64,000 bases of DNA from IMG/VR virus record IMGVR_UViG_3300025674_000014; one strand, written 5' to 3'. A program made the translations under genes and the position numbers. This document shows positions 63,767 to 64,000 of this stretch, in pieces (positions within the stretch are counted from its first letter, which is position 1; every line of letters starts with the position of its first letter). Below the pieces are notes generated by a model. That model was not told the origin of the DNA. It was given only the letters and a program-made list of their open reading frames with translations, and did not search any database. This DNA comes from a virus. Taxonomy: Duplodnaviria; Caudoviricetes.

Positions 63767-63803
63767 AAAAAAGATGGCACCTTTTGAGTGCCATCTTTTT
63801 TTT
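63767..63803. terminator. Bidirectional intrinsic terminator
   Basis: Stem AGATGGCAC/GTGCCATCT flanked by an A-run and a T-run, between convergent genes. Confidence 0.9.
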
Positions 63804-63811
63804 GTCTATAA

Positions 63812-63997
63812 CTATTTCTTAACCTTTCGCCATCTATTACTATAATCGTGTAACCATTTTTTAGATGCGGCTATATCACTTTTGATTTCTGCTATTATTT
63901 CGTTCTTGTTTTCTATAGTTGATCGTCTATAATCACTAATAGCATAACGCTTGCTCTTGATATTGTACAGATGCCATTCTTGCTCTGCAGTCTTCAT
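63812..63997 (-). CDS. Small basic hypothetical protein
   Basis: 61 aa ORF ending at the terminator. Confidence 0.6.
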   Translation of the reverse strand: MKTAEQEWHLYNIKSKRYAISDYRRSTIENKNEIIAEIKSDIAASKKWLHDYSNRWRKVKK

Positions 63998-64000
63998 TCT

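Noticed and set aside
1-64000. Stop-codon reassignment
   Set aside because: Very long ORFs are intact under the standard code, and TAA, TAG and TGA all end plausible genes
1-64000. Eukaryotic giant-virus or eukaryotic origin, suggested by GT60 and mucin-like proteins
   Set aside because: sigma70 promoters, intrinsic terminators, LysM-lysozyme, lipoboxes, tail-collar domain and CCA-encoding tRNAs indicate a bacteriophage

Overview
AT-rich fragment of a large tailed bacteriophage (jumbo/huge-phage type, standard genetic code). Evidence: a T4-late-like TAAATA motif before about 15 genes, sigma70-type promoters, a LysM-lysozyme, Mtd_N-like and tail-collar domains, two CCA-encoding tRNAs and lipoproteins. 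About 41 kb (8.5-49.4 kb, minus strand) encodes four proteins built on Thr-x-Thr-x (TQTP/TRTP/PTxT) mucin-like tracts carrying LamG/ConA, glycine-rich, Cys-rich or trypsin-like domains. The largest is split by one missing base at 14704/14705; repaired, it would be 10,074 aa. Immediately downstream lie two soluble GT60-type polypeptide GlcNAc-transferases and a methyltransferase-glycosyltransferase fusion; GT9-like, GT11, GT2 and two sulfotransferase genes are nearby. Main hypothesis (inference, not proven): a phage-encoded mucin-type protein O-glycosylation system producing very long glycosylated virion fibres. The right end holds a structured non-coding region and an array of repeated sigma70 promoter cassettes. 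Family assignments come from motif recognition only; no database search was run.
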